Below, in pieces: positions 34,699 through 46,559 of a DNA stretch of 56,567 nucleotides. Source of the stretch: Trypethelium eluteriae (lineage: Eukaryota); assembly GCA_051942245.1 (NCBI GenBank), contig JAVECL010000089.1, forward strand, positions 1-56,567, in the 5' to 3' direction. Under the pieces are notes generated by a model. The model saw only the letters and a program-made list of their open reading frames with translations, searched no databases and was not told where the DNA came from. Made by a program: the position numbers and the translations under genes. The first letter of the stretch is position 1; each line of letters begins with the position of its first letter.

Positions 34699-37600
34699 CT
34701 AAACATCTTTGTCATTGACGATTCGCCCTTCGTCGTCCTCATCGTCAACGAATCCTTGTCTTCTCTTGTCACTCACAAGGATACTCCCGCCTCGATCCAA
34801 TCCGGGGCCAATCTGTCTTTTCTTTCTTTCTAGATTATCACGCGCTTCGATGGCTTGGTCTCTCAGTGTCCCATTTCCTGAGCCCGATAGATGACCATGC
34901 CTCTTGAGTCCTTGCTCAGTAGATGATACTGCAGCTGCAGGACTTTCTACAGCAACATCATGGTCCGGAGCAGGCATTGATACTCGAGGAGTAACTCGAC
35001 GGCCTTGAGTATCACTGAGATATGCTTCGGAAGCATCTGTATCATGAGAATCTGACAGACCAGCCGTAGGTCCATCTCCCAGCGTCCAAGCAATTGGCGT
35101 TATGTGCTCCGCTTCCATATGTATCATCCATGATTCCTGTGAGCTGAAGAAATTTCCTCCGGTGTCAGGACTGCCACCTTCCCGAGTGATGTCCATGTTG
35201 CATCCTTGCCATCGACATTTCCACTCTTTATTGGTTGGCTCTTTGCCGTGTAAAACCTTGACATGCTTACGCAAGGTGTCGAGGTTGTGAAGTTTGCCTG
35301 GACAGTCTTTCCATTTGCATTTGTAGATGGGGTATTTTGGCTCATGAGACTCTGCGCTCGGGTGTGCCTGACTCATGCCATTGGGGCTACCACCGGGAGC
35401 ACCTAGGCCATGAATGTGCTTGCGCCATCCTACAGGCCTTCCACGCGTCTTTGGTAGAGGTGTCCCTTGTGCTGCCAGTTGCTGTCTGAGTGCCGTGTAA
35501 CCTGTTGGTGTAGCACTTTGCGATGCGTTCATTTGTATTACGCTAGAAGCCCCGTCGTCTTTACCTGGCCGAGAGCGTTCTGTTGACTTGGACTGGGCTG
35601 CAGGTATACGGCCAAGTCGAGTTGGTGTTTGTGACCGCTGTCCTTCTCCAAATCCATAGGGACGTGATGAAACGCCAGAAAATGCCCCTCTTGAGGGCCG
35701 GCCACGCCGCCTTCCGGTTTGACCGAGTTTCTTAGTGCGACTTAATGGATTCGGCGCGCTGATCCTTTCCTCCACCGTGGATACGGCACCGGTCGCTGGG
35801 TCGATGATTTGTCTGTGAATAATGACTTGGGCTCGAGCACGTGGACTTCTCTCTCCATTTTCGTCTTCATCATCTGCTTCAGCATCCCGATCGATTGTAG
35901 GCATTGATCGCGGTACTACTGGCTCTCCAGGATCCAGAAGGTCCCATCGAATGCTGCTAAGATCTGACGTCGTGTCAATACCCTTGCATTTTGAAACAAG
36001 CCCGTCATAGTGCGCGTTGAGAGGTAGCATCTCAGGATGACGTCCAGTTGCAAGAAGGACATCCCTTGCAATAGTTTTAGCATTGTAGGTCGAAGCACGT
36101 AATGCTTTCTTTTTGTCCAGCGGCTTGACTATATCTGTATTTGAGTAAAGTGCCGCGTGCTCATTAGATTGTGTCGGCTTCGTTGGTGGGGACTGTATAT
36201 CGTTTTGTCGACCCGAATCTGTACTCAACGGTCGGACTCGATCGGAGGCCGTAGGAGCACAGCTTTGCGCTGGTAAGAAGTTGATAGGACCAAGAGCCTG
36301 CTTCTGTTCAAAACCTAGCGACAATTCATCATCTTCGCTATCAGACAACTTTTTGGTGAGGTCAATTATCTCGGAAAAAGTTCTCTTTCTGGCTGCCTGC
36401 TCCTTGCTTGCTGGTAAACGACTTTGACGTCCGGGTAACATGTTTGCGACGGGCGCAAGAGGTTTGGGTCCTGCAGAGCTTACTGACAAAACACCAACAC
36501 TAGAAGGTCTATCTTTTATTGTACTGGATGTTGGTGCCATACTGATCGAAGATGCGACGTTGGAGGCGCTTGGACGGGCGTTGGGAGCCTTGGTTGGATG
36601 CAACGGGGGTATCGTTGATGGTTTAGGTGTCCGATTAGCAGAAGCAGCTGATTGTCCATTAGCTTTCTCTAAAGTATCAGTCTTCTTTCTTTCCTTTAGA
36701 GAACTATCGGGTGCATTGTTTGAATTTTCGGGTGGAGAAGGACGCTGGATCTGTTGTCGTGGAGCTGAGTTAACTTCAGGTACTGCGGCTAGAAGAGCCC
36801 GGGCGAAAGCTGCTCGGTCGACTTTAAGGCCCAGACTCTCAAGCCCCTCGCAAAGCTCAATATATGAGGGGTTGCTATCCAGCATTTCTTGGATTTGAGA
36901 AGCTCTGACTTTGTTGCCACTGTTCGCTGGAATAGCGTTAAGCCACTCGCTAGCAGCACTGGCAAGCTGAGTCTTCTTTTCTGGTGGCCAGATTGTTCCA
37001 GTTTGAGCCTTTGAAACTTTTCGTTGTGGCTCTGGTGCAACTTGAGCAGATTTGGACTGTTCTTGCTGCTGCTGATGTGGCTTCTGGTGCTGTCCATTGA
37101 TGGGTCGAGATCGTTCCTGCACTCGCGTCACAGGAGCATCAGGGTGACCAGTACTACTCGTAGAAGGGTTGACAAGGGGTTTCGAGGTATTCGGCTGAAC
37201 CTGCGCAGAGCTAATGGCCTTGTGGGGCTGGACTTTTGCCGACCTGCGTTCCCTTACCGGAGATTCAGGATGACTTGCACTTGGTGACTGATTGACACTT
37301 TCCTGATGGGAAGTTCTTTCTTGCTCCCAGATCTTTGCGAGCAATTGAGGATCCTTCTCATGAAATTGCCGCATCTTGAGAAACATAGCCTTCATTTCCA
37401 TCTCCAAATGGGTTTCGTCTTCTTTATCATTCGGTCTGTTACCCGCTCGCGTTTGGCCTACACTAGCCTTTTCGGCTTCTTGAGCTTCACGTACCTCATC
37501 TGCACGGCGTAACTCTTCTTCCTCCTGCCGAACTACCTCTGCCCGACGAGCCTCTTCTAGTTTTCGGCCTTCTTCCGCTCGACGCGCTTCCTCCGCTCGA

Positions 37601-38598
37601 CGCGCTTGGGTTCGCTCCTCTTCAGCCTTCTCCAAGGCACGTATGCGCTGATATTCTTGCCACGGATCATACACTTGGCTGGGGTCAACTGTAATCGGAT
37701 CAGTGTGATCGGCAGCTCCATCGTAATGTTTAGGAGTATCGCCCTGCTGAAGGCTTTCATTGTAGTTATTTGGCTGCCGTTGTCCATGAATTTGTGTAGA
37801 AGTAGAAGAACGGGAGGATGCGTAAGTTTCACCTGCATTGTTGTCCGCTGTTTGATGTTGATTATGACGCCACCCAGCAGCCGCAGGTGTAGACTTGGTT
37901 TGGTTCTGGCCTCTCCGCATGGCGTTTGAGTTGCTGTATGAGCTATTTGATTTCAAGTCCTGCCCCGAGCCTACCCTTGTGTGCAACCGAGAATCCTGCG
38001 CCAGGGATGAAGTATTATATATGAAATTTGATCGTGATAGATGGGTTGAATCGGGAACGGGAGATTGACGTGTCGACTCTATTGCTTGTGAGTTGACGCT
38101 TGCTGGGCGCTGGTGATGGGCAGCATAGGTGCTGGTAACGTGTCCTTGGCGCGATTTAGAACGTTCACCTTGAACCAAACTTTGAGCTGGTGGTCCATTT
38201 AGCAACCCATGCTCACTTTGTGACATACTCGAAGCAAAAGGTGCGTTGCCAACAATGGAATTGGCTTGAGTTGCACTCATATTGGGAGCCTGTGTAGTCT
38301 GTCCAGCCGCTCGCGAGTTATGATAATCTCCTAGACGCCTGAGGGCTTCGGCGGCGTTTCCATGACTTGCGTTAGGGGTAGCCTGACTGGATCCGTACCA
38401 AGCAGTAGGATAGTCTTGAGTTTGGTAGCCTTGGTAAGTCGTAGACGGTTGAGTTACTGATGGAAGCGAGCTTTGTTGATTTGTCGTCCCTGGTCCGGCA
38501 TGGGCTCTTTGATGATCGTAATTGCCATAATCAGAGCGTTGGTACTCATTGCTGGGAGTTGTAGAACTGTAGTGGCCATAATAGCCGTTGTAGGCCAT
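34699..38598 (-). CDS. 1299-aa uncharacterised nuclear-type protein with coiled coil, AT-hook-like motifs and two C2H2-like zinc fingers
   Basis: Uninterrupted ORF. EEARRAEE coiled coil, RRGRPSR and RGRPVGWRK, CKWKDC-x12-H-x4-H and CRWQGC...H-x4-H. Confidence 0.8.
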   Translation of the reverse strand: MAYNGYYGHYSSTTPSNEYQRSDYGNYDHQRAHAGPGTTNQQSSLPSVTQPSTTYQGYQTQDYPTAWYGSSQATPNASHGNAAEALRRLGDYHNSRAAGQTTQAPNMSATQANSIVGNAPFASSMSQSEHGLLNGPPAQSLVQGERSKSRQGHVTSTYAAHHQRPASVNSQAIESTRQSPVPDSTHLSRSNFIYNTSSLAQDSRLHTRVGSGQDLKSNSSYSNSNAMRRGQNQTKSTPAAAGWRHNQHQTADNNAGETYASSRSSTSTQIHGQRQPNNYNESLQQGDTPKHYDGAADHTDPITVDPSQVYDPWQEYQRIRALEKAEEERTQARRAEEARRAEEGRKLEEARRAEVVRQEEEELRRADEVREAQEAEKASVGQTRAGNRPNDKEDETHLEMEMKAMFLKMRQFHEKDPQLLAKIWEQERTSHQESVNQSPSASHPESPVRERRSAKVQPHKAISSAQVQPNTSKPLVNPSTSSTGHPDAPVTRVQERSRPINGQHQKPHQQQQEQSKSAQVAPEPQRKVSKAQTGTIWPPEKKTQLASAASEWLNAIPANSGNKVRASQIQEMLDSNPSYIELCEGLESLGLKVDRAAFARALLAAVPEVNSAPRQQIQRPSPPENSNNAPDSSLKERKKTDTLEKANGQSAASANRTPKPSTIPPLHPTKAPNARPSASNVASSISMAPTSSTIKDRPSSVGVLSVSSAGPKPLAPVANMLPGRQSRLPASKEQAARKRTFSEIIDLTKKLSDSEDDELSLGFEQKQALGPINFLPAQSCAPTASDRVRPLSTDSGRQNDIQSPPTKPTQSNEHAALYSNTDIVKPLDKKKALRASTYNAKTIARDVLLATGRHPEMLPLNAHYDGLVSKCKGIDTTSDLSSIRWDLLDPGEPVVPRSMPTIDRDAEADDEDENGERSPRARAQVIIHRQIIDPATGAVSTVEERISAPNPLSRTKKLGQTGRRRGRPSRGAFSGVSSRPYGFGEGQRSQTPTRLGRIPAAQSKSTERSRPGKDDGASSVIQMNASQSATPTGYTALRQQLAAQGTPLPKTRGRPVGWRKHIHGLGAPGGSPNGMSQAHPSAESHEPKYPIYKCKWKDCPGKLHNLDTLRKHVKVLHGKEPTNKEWKCRWQGCNMDITREGGSPDTGGNFFSSQESWMIHMEAEHITPIAWTLGDGPTAGLSDSHDTDASEAYLSDTQGRRVTPRVSMPAPDHDVAVESPAAAVSSTEQGLKRHGHLSGSGNGTLRDQAIEARDNLERKKRQIGPGLDRGGSILVSDKRRQGFVDDEDDEGRIVNDKDV

Positions 38599-38935
38599 TA
38601 GACGGAGCTGGGAAGTGGTTGTTCAAGCAGCAAGCAACCGCTACTACAACAAGCCGGAATGGAGACCGTTGCTGTACATTTTCGTTCAGACGGACTGCGA
38701 GGAATCGTAGATAGCAGTAGTGATCCAAATCTCAGTGCCACAGCGACTATGAGCTCTGCGCCGCGCTGGAGCAATGTCGAAGCTTACGCCTTAGCCGCGG
38801 CGCGTTCGTGACATGTCTCTGTCGGGGCATGTGCATCGGTCCGGATTGTTCCGGCCCACAAAAGGTTCTACCAAAAGACTCGAATTGGCCACCAATTCAA
38901 GCTACCTACGACTATATTCTCCCTCCACGTTTAGC

Positions 38936-39461
38936 ATGACGAAGGTGCGATCGGGTATGCTTGAATCTTGCATTTGAGACTCTCGATGAGGAAAAACTGC
39001 TAATTCATATCAAAGATATTCACTCCTCGCGGAGGAAGTCGCGAAAGGCTCATTTCAGCGCTGGTTCCAATGCCCGCCGTGTGCGCATGAGCGCTCCTCT
39101 CAGCAAGGAACTTCGTGACAAACACAACGTACGATCCTCGCGACCATCTTGTATAGACTTATTCTTATCAATCGACTCCTAGGTCCGCTCAATACCCATC
39201 CGCAAGGACGATGAAGTCATCATTACCCGAGGCTCGAATAAAGGCCGGGAAGGCAAAATTACGAGCGTCTATCGTCTCAAATACGTTGTGCACGTCGAGC
39301 GCGTCTCTCGTGAGAAGTCTAACGGTCAATCTGTACCCATCGGCATTGCGCCATCAAAATGTGTCATCACGAAGTTGAAGCTGGATAAGGACCGGGAGAA
39401 TATATTGGAGAGGAAGGGTCAAGGCATGGAAAGGGTCAAGAAGGCAAAGGGCAAGGCATGA
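38936..39461 (+). CDS. RPL26: 60S ribosomal protein L26 (uL24); introns 38955-39015, 39129-39182
   Basis: [76 protein letters not shown]. Confidence 0.97.
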
Positions 39462-40363
39462 ATTTCTATCAGGCAGCAAGGAATTCTCTTCGATCATATG
39501 TGGCTGCTTGGCGTGGGCAATTGCATGTTTCATTTATATATCAAAGATGCTCTACCCTGTAGAGCGTTTTCCTGATCTGAATACCCTCCCTCTTTTGCCA
39601 TGGTCTTCTGATTTCGAACCTTCGCCACGTGTTGCATCAAAACGCTAGATTATCTACTCGACAGCTAATCCAAGTGCTGGACAGAGTTATACGACTAGCG
39701 GAGATTGACTTTAAATGGTTCAAAAGGATCATGCTCGCTTGCAGACTGTTCTCGGAGATTTCGTATCAACGACAAGACTGGTTTGATAGTGAGATACACA
39801 CTCTCTTTGGCATAGCCTAGTGGCTTGAAAGCGCCATCTGGACAGGTAATCTTTTGGCTCTATCAGAAGAGGTTGTCAGACCCGTACATTTCCAACGCTG
39901 TTGTGCGTGAACATTGCCAGTTCTCGAAGCATGTGAGACTTTGCATGTTCACCTCTTGGTCTTGCTTTCGCCAGATTAGTGATCATGGTCAATACCCAGT
40001 AGTCCTACGGAGTAGTTCTTTGTAATTCCAATGAGAAAATGCCTGGGGTCAATGGCGTTAGCGAAGGTATCTAAGGTACCCACCCCACCACCCCGCCCCA
40101 TTCCCTTTGCTTCTTGTCCACATTTCTCAGCAAAGATGATGATGACATTTCCTTTCACCCATAGCTATATATGATGCTATTCACTTCCTATTGTTATTGA
40201 GAGTCTTGAAGCCCAGCTTTCCGTTCACATCCGACCAGAGTACTATTCTAGATTCAACTTGCCCCTGTGCAGGATATACTTTAGTCTGCACTACTCTCTT
40301 ATCATTCTTTCGTCCAGGTTCACTGGCAAACTTTGATCTTACACACGTTTGAAGCGACTTGAC

Positions 40364-41300
40364 ATGGCTATACCATTCGCAGTCATCGCTGGAGTAGGTC
40401 CTGGCACCGGTGCTGCTGTCTCTCGCAAATTCGCTACATCATACCCTGTTGCCCTCCTTGCTCGCAACCCAGATAACTACGAGTCCCTTGTGAAAGAGAT
40501 TAACGGAAGTGGTGGAAAAGCGATTGGCATCAGTACTGATGTCACTAACGCTCAAAGTATCAAGAGCGCCATAACGCAGATTAGCAAGGAGTTTGGAGAC
40601 GCAGGATGTGCAGCAGCAATATTCAACGCGAGTGCAGGATTTTCGCGAAAACCCTTCTTAGACTTGACCGAAGAGGAGTTCGTGGCTGGCTATAATGTGA
40701 GCAGGTATGTCGATGAGGAATAATTGAATAAATCGTGTTTTGAAGCTTGACGAATTGCGATACAGCAAAGGTGCCTTTCTATTTACACAAGCTACGCTAC
40801 CTCTCCTGCTGAAAGGGGAACCAACATCCAAATATCCACCTACGATCATCTACACAGGCGCAACAGCTAGTATCAAGGGTTCAGCACAATTGTCCTCGTT
40901 CGCCCACGGCAAATGGGCTCTTCGCGCCATGTCCCAAAGTGTGGCGCGTGAGTTTGCTCCAAAAGGCATTCACGTTGCACATGCAATCATTGATGGTGTT
41001 ATCGACATTCCAAGAACCAAGGAATGGTTGAAGGATCAGCCTCCAGAAGCGAAGATTAGTCCAGATGGAGTAAGTATTCGCAGAGTACCTCACAGACCCC
41101 CTAAGCGGACGGCATTCTCGAAAATTGAGATATGCAACAAGACACCGCAAGCCATGCGGAATAAGTCTCGGCTCTTTACAAAATAATATAAACTGACAAG
41201 AAATACTTAGATTGCGGATGCATATTGGCATCTCCACACTCAGCCAAAGACGACATTCACCAATGAGATTGACATTCGACCCATGTTGGAGAAATGGTAA
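40364..41300 (+). CDS. Short-chain dehydrogenase/reductase; introns 40705-40765, 41070-41210
   Basis: IAGVGPGTG, ALLARN, FNAS, TGATAS, F---K-ALRAMSQS-ARE--PKGIHVAHAIIDG, C-terminal EIDIRPMLEKW*. Confidence 0.9.
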
Positions 41301-41831
41301 AGTTGGAAATAAGTTTGAGTTGGTGTTTTCTTTCCCTATCCACAAAGCAAGGAAAGCTATAATGGAATACTGTGTAACAAATCGATCAACCATACTCTAT
41401 TGCGGTTTCAAATGGTGCGTGAATGATCATTCCATGAGGATATTGTAGATTATATCACGACATCAAGAACAAAGTAACGAGAATAGTAATTACGGTTAAG
41501 TCTATCAATACGAACTTTCCACTGAGTGTATCTGTATCGCATCTAACCCATTACCAAACTCCCTGCGCTCAAGGTTTATACCCGACCGCTCAGTGATCTT
41601 GCCTACAAGAACAGCATAAACTCGTGACCCAACTCTATCAAAATGCGCTATCGTCATGAAGGGAAGCAAAGCCTGAAGACGCGTAACTTAATACCATCGT
41701 ACACTGCGCTGAAAACCCATATCCAAGGAAAGCTCCAGTATTACCCTACGCCAAAAGCCCGCGCTTGCATGACGCTTCCATAAACCCAAGTTTCAATATT
41801 GACAGAAGTAAGAAAAGGGTGGTGAAAGACC

Positions 41832-43044
41832 TTAGCATTGCTGCAGCTGGACCACGTTGATCGTGACAGGACTGCATTGCGGAGCCCAGTTCTCGTTGTA
41901 GAGATTGAAGAAATTGCCAGATCGACATTGATAGAACGTGGAGTTTCCACCAAGGGCAAGGCTACCATTGGAGCAGACGGAGAAGCCAGCGGTATAGAGT
42001 GCACCGGCCTGAGGTGGATTGTCGAATTGGAACTGATAGTTGGAGGCGATATAACCAGTACGACCCTTGTTGTCCTTCAAAATTCCACCTTCAAGGGTCA
42101 TGGTCAATGTATCATCGCTGGAGCAGGCTACCATCGCTCCAGTGCCACTGGGACTTGAGCCAGCTGCTCTGCGAGAAATCCCTGTGGCTTGAGGTTGACC
42201 ATCGCTGATTTCGGAGACAGCAGTGCTGGTCGGTGCTTGTGGCTGGCCATCGCTGATTTGGGAAACAGGAGAACCAGTTGGTGCTTGGGGTTGACCGTCG
42301 CTAATTTGGGAAATGGGCCAACCAGTGGGCGCCTGGGGCTGACCGTCACTGATTTGAGAAACAGGCCAGCCAGTAGGTGCTTGTGGTTGACCGTCACTGA
42401 TTTGAGAAACAGGCCAGCCGGTAGGTGCTTGTGGCTGACCGTCACTGATCTGGGTAACTGGAGTGCCAGTAGGTGCTTGGGGCTGTCCGTCGCTAATTTG
42501 AGAGACAGGTTTACCAGTAGGCGCTTGAGGTTGGCCGTCGCTGATTTGAGAGACGGGGTGAGCAGTCGGAGCCTGGGGTTGGCCGTCGCTGATTTGAGAA
42601 ACTGGAACACCCGTAGAAGCTTGAGGCTGACCGTCACTAATCTGGGAGACTGGCTGGCCTGTTGATGCTTGCGGTTGACCGTCACTAATCTGGGACACGG
42701 GATGACTGGTGGGAGCTTGTGGTTGACCGTCACTGATCGTCGAGACGGCAGAAGTAGCGGTTGGTGCAGCAGGTTGACCACTACAGAGAGTTAGGATCTC
42801 TATTCACTAGAACTCAAAGATGGGACTGGGGAGGAACTCACTCAGACGTTTCAGTTGCAACAGAGCCAGCCCCACTCGTGGTATTCAATACGGCAATGCC
42901 GAATGAGCTAGGTTGAGAATTTGAACATCCTGCTGGTGCACTCGCGCTGGGAGCAAGGCTCGCAGTGACACCTTGAGGTGCTGGAAGGGGGTTTGCTCTG
43001 ACGGCAGCAGATACTGCTGTCAGAAGAACAAGCGAGTAATGCAT
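41832..43044 (-). CDS. PIR (protein with internal repeats) cell wall protein, 383 aa; intron 42781-42841
   Basis: Signal peptide, 13 DGQP repeats, and a C-terminal Pir/Cis3 domain (GRTGYIASNYQFQFD-PPQAGA-YT-GFSVC...FYQC-SG-F-NLY...QC...C*). Confidence 0.93.
42186..42780 (-). repeat. Coding tandem repeat, 48-nt unit (VSQISDGQPQAPTGxP), about 12 copies
   Basis: On the plus strand the unit tggctgaccgtcactgatttgagaaac... recurs every 48 nt. Confidence 0.95.
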
Positions 43045-44316
43045 CTTGCGAAAAATAATGTGGAAATATTTGCTTATCGGACTTCGAAAATAATTGACTG
43101 AGCGTAAGAACAATAAGAGTCGAAGAGAAGAGATGTGATGTATTGGATATGTGGAATGAAGACAAAAATGCCAGATGCCGACAACAAGAAAGAGCTGCGA
43201 TACTTGTACTTCCTTGATTACCTGCCTCCTCCATTGACCTGGGAAGCACTTGCGTATTTTCGGAAGTCTGAGGCGCGACCCGCCATGTCTTTGGGCCTGC
43301 CTTCTCTTCGATGTACGATGTAATCCATGGCTGGATCTAGCAAGTAGGATGCGGCAGACAGGCTTATAGACGGCCATTGCTCTGCCGCATGTGCAGACGT
43401 TTCAGACTGCCGCTCTTTGGTGGCTGACGTAAATTCGGAGAGACTTAAGCTTCCCTGCCCCCGATATGCTGCTGATTCTATGATCATTCTACCGCGAAGG
43501 ATAAATTAGATGGGCTTCGGTGGAAGGTTGGCGCGCTGAGCCAGACTTCAGGTGCCGCGCGGTAAGTGGTTGGGGCGAAGCACCCACCCAGACATTCGCA
43601 TCCGATCCCTGCAGTACAGTTCTCGCACATCCCGCGAACGACCTGGTATCAACATCTTGCATCAAATTAGGAGGCAGGCTGGCGTCACTATTGGTGGGTG
43701 GTTCACCCAGCAACAGGGCGTTGTATGAGAAGTCGGTGGTCGGGGACTGGGGAGAGGCTGGGCCGTAGTGGCTGTGTCGGCATGGGTGGTTGGGCCGGGC
43801 ACAAAAAGAGCCTCATGGCGCTAGCGGGAATTTATTGCATGAGCACCTAAATTATGGAATAAGATCTACGGTTTGATAGCGAGACCGTATTCTTTTACTG
43901 AGCTCTTGCTACTGAGTAGAGCAGGGAGAAGAACCGTGAGCATTAGTACGTTTACGATAGACTATTGATGTAATTGCGTCGGCTCTCATCTTAGCCGGTT
44001 CCAGATTACGAATTCTATTTTCACGTGCTATGGATATGATGTCATATCTTGCACGATTGCTGCAGGCGTCAGTCTCATCTTGAATCCGAGAATAGAGAAA
44101 ATCATCGATTCACACTCCGAATTGAACACCTGTGACAAACGAGCACGTCAGGGTAGGTAGAGCTTGTGTGCTCCGTAGTAGGACTGTCAACACTTCGCTC
44201 GGCACATCATGTGATAGGTCTCAGCGTCACCGCTATTACTTTCTCTACCTAATTAAGCTGTGCATTGTTCGCCCTCGCGCCCTCGATGCTTTCACCAAGT
44301 CGCGCTGCTGGACGTG

Positions 44317-45606
44317 ATGGCACGCACTCTGCCATGGTTAAGAGAGGGACCAAACGAAACCGCTGTGCGGACCAACTCGAGCAGAACGGCGAAAAGGCGA
44401 AGCGCCCGATCTTCCATCGTATCCGATGGCAAGGATACCTTGGAGACATCAACCTCGCCACATAAGACGAAACGCAGGCTACGCAAGTTGATTGCTTATT
44501 AGCATTGAACCATGACGTCGCTAACGATGGAGTAGCTCGATCCCCTTCTACTTCACCACCACCGGAACCCCCACTCCAAGAGTACGCTTGTCTCACCCCT
44601 CAAAGCTTAAACAACGCTGAAAGAAGATGATAGATTTATGCGAGATGGCTATACGGCAGATGATGCCTGGATCATGGTTGAAGATGAATTCCTACAAACT
44701 GCCAAGCTATACACCCAACATCTGCATCATGCCGAATACCAACGTCTCAAATCACAGGCCAAGGCGCAGAAGGCATCGGCGATCCAATCCCTGATACGAC
44801 CAGTGACAGGTCCTGAACACATGAGCACGCCTAATCGAAAAGCTCTCAATGCAACGGCTCTTTCGCAGAAACAGGATGAGGTACTTAGCACAATGAGCCC
44901 AGGTGATTGCTCGCCCACTAGTGGCATAGATGCCAGCGACGATGAGGAACTGGTCTTGAGCCATCCTCATCTTGCAGGACTCATGATACGACCTGCCAGG
45001 ACCGCTCAAAAACTCTCTGGATTAACTGGTATCTATTCCAATACACGGGCCGCGGCCGGCTTCACCAAACCAACGGCACCCTCGCCACAGCGAAAAAAGA
45101 AATTTCTCCAGACAACCGGTAGACCCTCTGATGCAGTAGCTGCTGGTGATCAAGTCCTTTATATACCAGCGGTTGATGATGAAAATGAAGATTTGGAGAG
45201 CCCGGTCCACTCTGCGTGGATGACAGCGGAGAAAGCTCGAAATTTCCCAGAGAGGTTGACTAGCAAATCGCACAACTCTATACAAGATTTATTGGATCAC
45301 CATGGTGAACCTGTGCCCATCAAATCTTGCAACTCGCAAAAGAACATGGAGCAGGAAGGTCCATCTTGGATGGCATTGAAGTCTGCTAGAAATAGCTCTT
45401 CCTCTTTGGAACGACCCTCGAGAACTTTACCTCCGCCAACTGCTGCGTCATACCTCTCAGCTGATGTCTCCAGGCAACGATCGAGCGATCTTTCTGCAGT
45501 CACAGCACGGAGAAAAGAACGACGTGAGGCTAGGAAGCATCGTTTGGAAGGACAGACTCAAACCCAGTCCGCAAAACTCGAAGAAGTCCCTACATTTTTG
45601 GTCTGA
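44317..45606 (+). CDS. Conserved fungal hypothetical protein; introns 44483-44535 (GC-AG) and 44582-44633
   Basis: MARTLPWL N-terminus joins in frame to RSPSTSPPPEPP-QE and FMRDGY-ADDAWIMVEDEFL-TAKL-TQHLHHAEYQRLK; C-terminus EVPTFLV*. Confidence 0.75.
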
Positions 45607-46559
45607 ACTCCAGCAGTAACGTGGATAATGCGCCTACATATCTCCAGTCAGATGGCGTACGAGTCTTCGATTGAGAACAGATTGAGATAGAGACGACTCA
45701 GATTTGGCTAGTCTTGGAAACCAAAAGTTGTTCTCTGTGTGGTAGCTCTTGGGTATTAGAGGTTCCGGAGCTTCCTTCGGTTTCTTATCCTAGTCGAAAC
45801 TTCGATTCAGGACCATTCTGACCCAATTCTCACTCGTATGAAGTTCCTAGGCGCTCTGCCAGAATGTTGATGTGTCGGCCTTCGGAATTTGTACTCACAG
45901 CTAGTTCGAGAGCAATTGTAGCGGTTGACCTGAAGCTGGATCCAAAGTTTATGCATTTCAGGATTCTGAACGAGGATAGATAAGGCGGAATACTATCTAT
46001 AGGAAGGTAGTGATGGGCAAACATCGCTTGTACAATTTTCATTTGGCAAATAACCTGAGATACCCCAACAGTTCTTAGAGATCTGCTCGTCCAAGTCATA
46101 AGTTGAAAATTGGACAGCCAGAATAGCAGTAGAAGCTTTCATAGATAAAGATGAACAGTTTTTCTCCCAATAGCAATCACCGTGAAGTAAATGGAAGCCA
46201 GGCGCAAATGCGCAAATCAATGCTACTGCAGTGTTGAATCATACTTGGACGAAATATTGCGCGGATTGTCAATCAAATCACGGACTGCCCGCACATATAG
46301 AGAAGGTTCAATAAATGGGACAATACCGAAGATTGTATCTAGTAGCGCAACAACCATCTTTCCATGCTTATTGCCGCTCTACAGCTCTCCAATATGCTAT
46401 GAACCCACCATCCGTTTGAGAAACATTGTATAACACCATCTAACTTTCCCGTCGGTGAGAAGGACGCCAACACCTGTATCGTCATGGAAGGAACCTGTTG
46501 CTGATATTGATCCCCCAATATTGTTGGAGACTTGATCCTTTTTCCGTTTCTACCTAAGA

